DNA of 32,000 nt. Source: an uncultured Erysipelotrichaceae bacterium (lineage in GTDB: Bacteria; Bacillota_I; Bacilli_A; Erysipelotrichales; Erysipelotrichaceae). The stretch covers positions 26,357-58,356 of the forward strand of contig CAYNZZ010000009.1 of the NCBI GenBank assembly GCA_964401865.1, given 5' to 3'. The notes under the pieces are model-generated. The model made no database searches. It was not told the origin of the DNA and saw nothing but the letters and a program-made list of their open reading frames with translations. The position numbers and the translations under genes are program-made. This document shows, one piece after another, positions 31,961 to 32,000 of this stretch (within the stretch, counting starts at the first letter, position 1; each line of letters begins with the position of its first letter).

Positions 31961-32000
31961 TTCTTCACTTTTCTTCACTTTTTTCAACTTTTTTCAATTT
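31961..32000. repeat. 10-bp-periodic degenerate tandem array (at least 4 units, truncated by the window end) in a G-free tract
   Basis: The units are ttcttcactt, ttcttcactt, ttttcaactt and ttttcaattt. The plus strand has no G from 31931 to 32000. The array is preceded by the C-rich cctcccccaccc, which is unusual in this AT-rich DNA. Confidence 0.7.

Noticed and set aside
1-32000. Alternative genetic code (TGA=Trp, code 4), considered because of the AT-richness and the Mollicutes-like flavour.
   Set aside because: All conserved genes are intact under code 11 without needing in-frame TGA read-through. TGA terminates marR, the msrC-like gene and ORF 15355..15588 at family-appropriate lengths.
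1-32000. Search for CRISPR arrays, IS elements/transposases, integrases, prophage genes, tRNA/rRNA genes and known defence systems.
   Set aside because: There are no regularly spaced direct repeats with spacers and no transposase, integrase or recombinase-like ORFs or terminal inverted repeats. There are no cloverleaf-type or rRNA-like conserved stretches. The only repeats are the intragenic rnfD domain duplication, a 12-bp duplication and the edge array.

Overview
AT-rich (about one-third GC by eye) chromosomal segment of a monoderm, low-GC Firmicutes-type organism. Supporting signs are Bacillus-like ybeY-dgkA-cdd-era-recO synteny and ECF S-component genes behind TPP and FMN riboswitches. 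Standard code 11 fits. I support about 40 protein genes, 2 riboswitches, several intrinsic terminators and a few promoters or operators. I saw no tRNA, rRNA, CRISPR array, transposase, integrase or phage gene. Gene content, left to right: marR plus two ABC exporter half-transporters; S1-domain protein and pgi; apbE divergent from an rnf operon; mrp; an OmpR-type two-component pair; two broken small ORFs; cytoplasmic GH13 amylase; rubrerythrin; a P-loop kinase; rlmA; ybeY-dgkA-cdd-era-recO; an ATP-grasp gene plus two esterases; a lipoprotein; a DD-carboxypeptidase; PfkB kinase, AAC(3)-family and Gfo/Idh/MocA genes; a GAF/fRMsr gene; TPP riboswitch-thiT; a DUF402 NTPase; FMN riboswitch-ribU. The most unusual element is the rnf locus (about 4.6-12.4 kb). 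RnfD is about twice the normal length because an extra TM helix and two tandem FMN-binding domains, each with an SGAT flavinylation motif, are fused to its C-terminus. RnfB is reduced to its membrane anchor plus one Fe-S module and has no ferredoxin-type domains. A 62-aa Cys-rich membrane peptide is translationally coupled between rnfA and rnfB. I read this as a candidate Rnf variant wired toward extracytoplasmic flavin-based electron transfer; this is inference, and novelty cannot be judged without database searches. Secondary observations: a recurrent -10 hexamer-N6/7-ATG architecture at seven genes (candidate leaderless mRNAs); a compact palindromic bidirectional apbE/rnfC promoter; an uncharacterised ATP-grasp plus double-esterase operon; a kinase/AAC(3)/oxidoreductase operon; and a G-free 10-bp-periodic repeat array cut by the window end.
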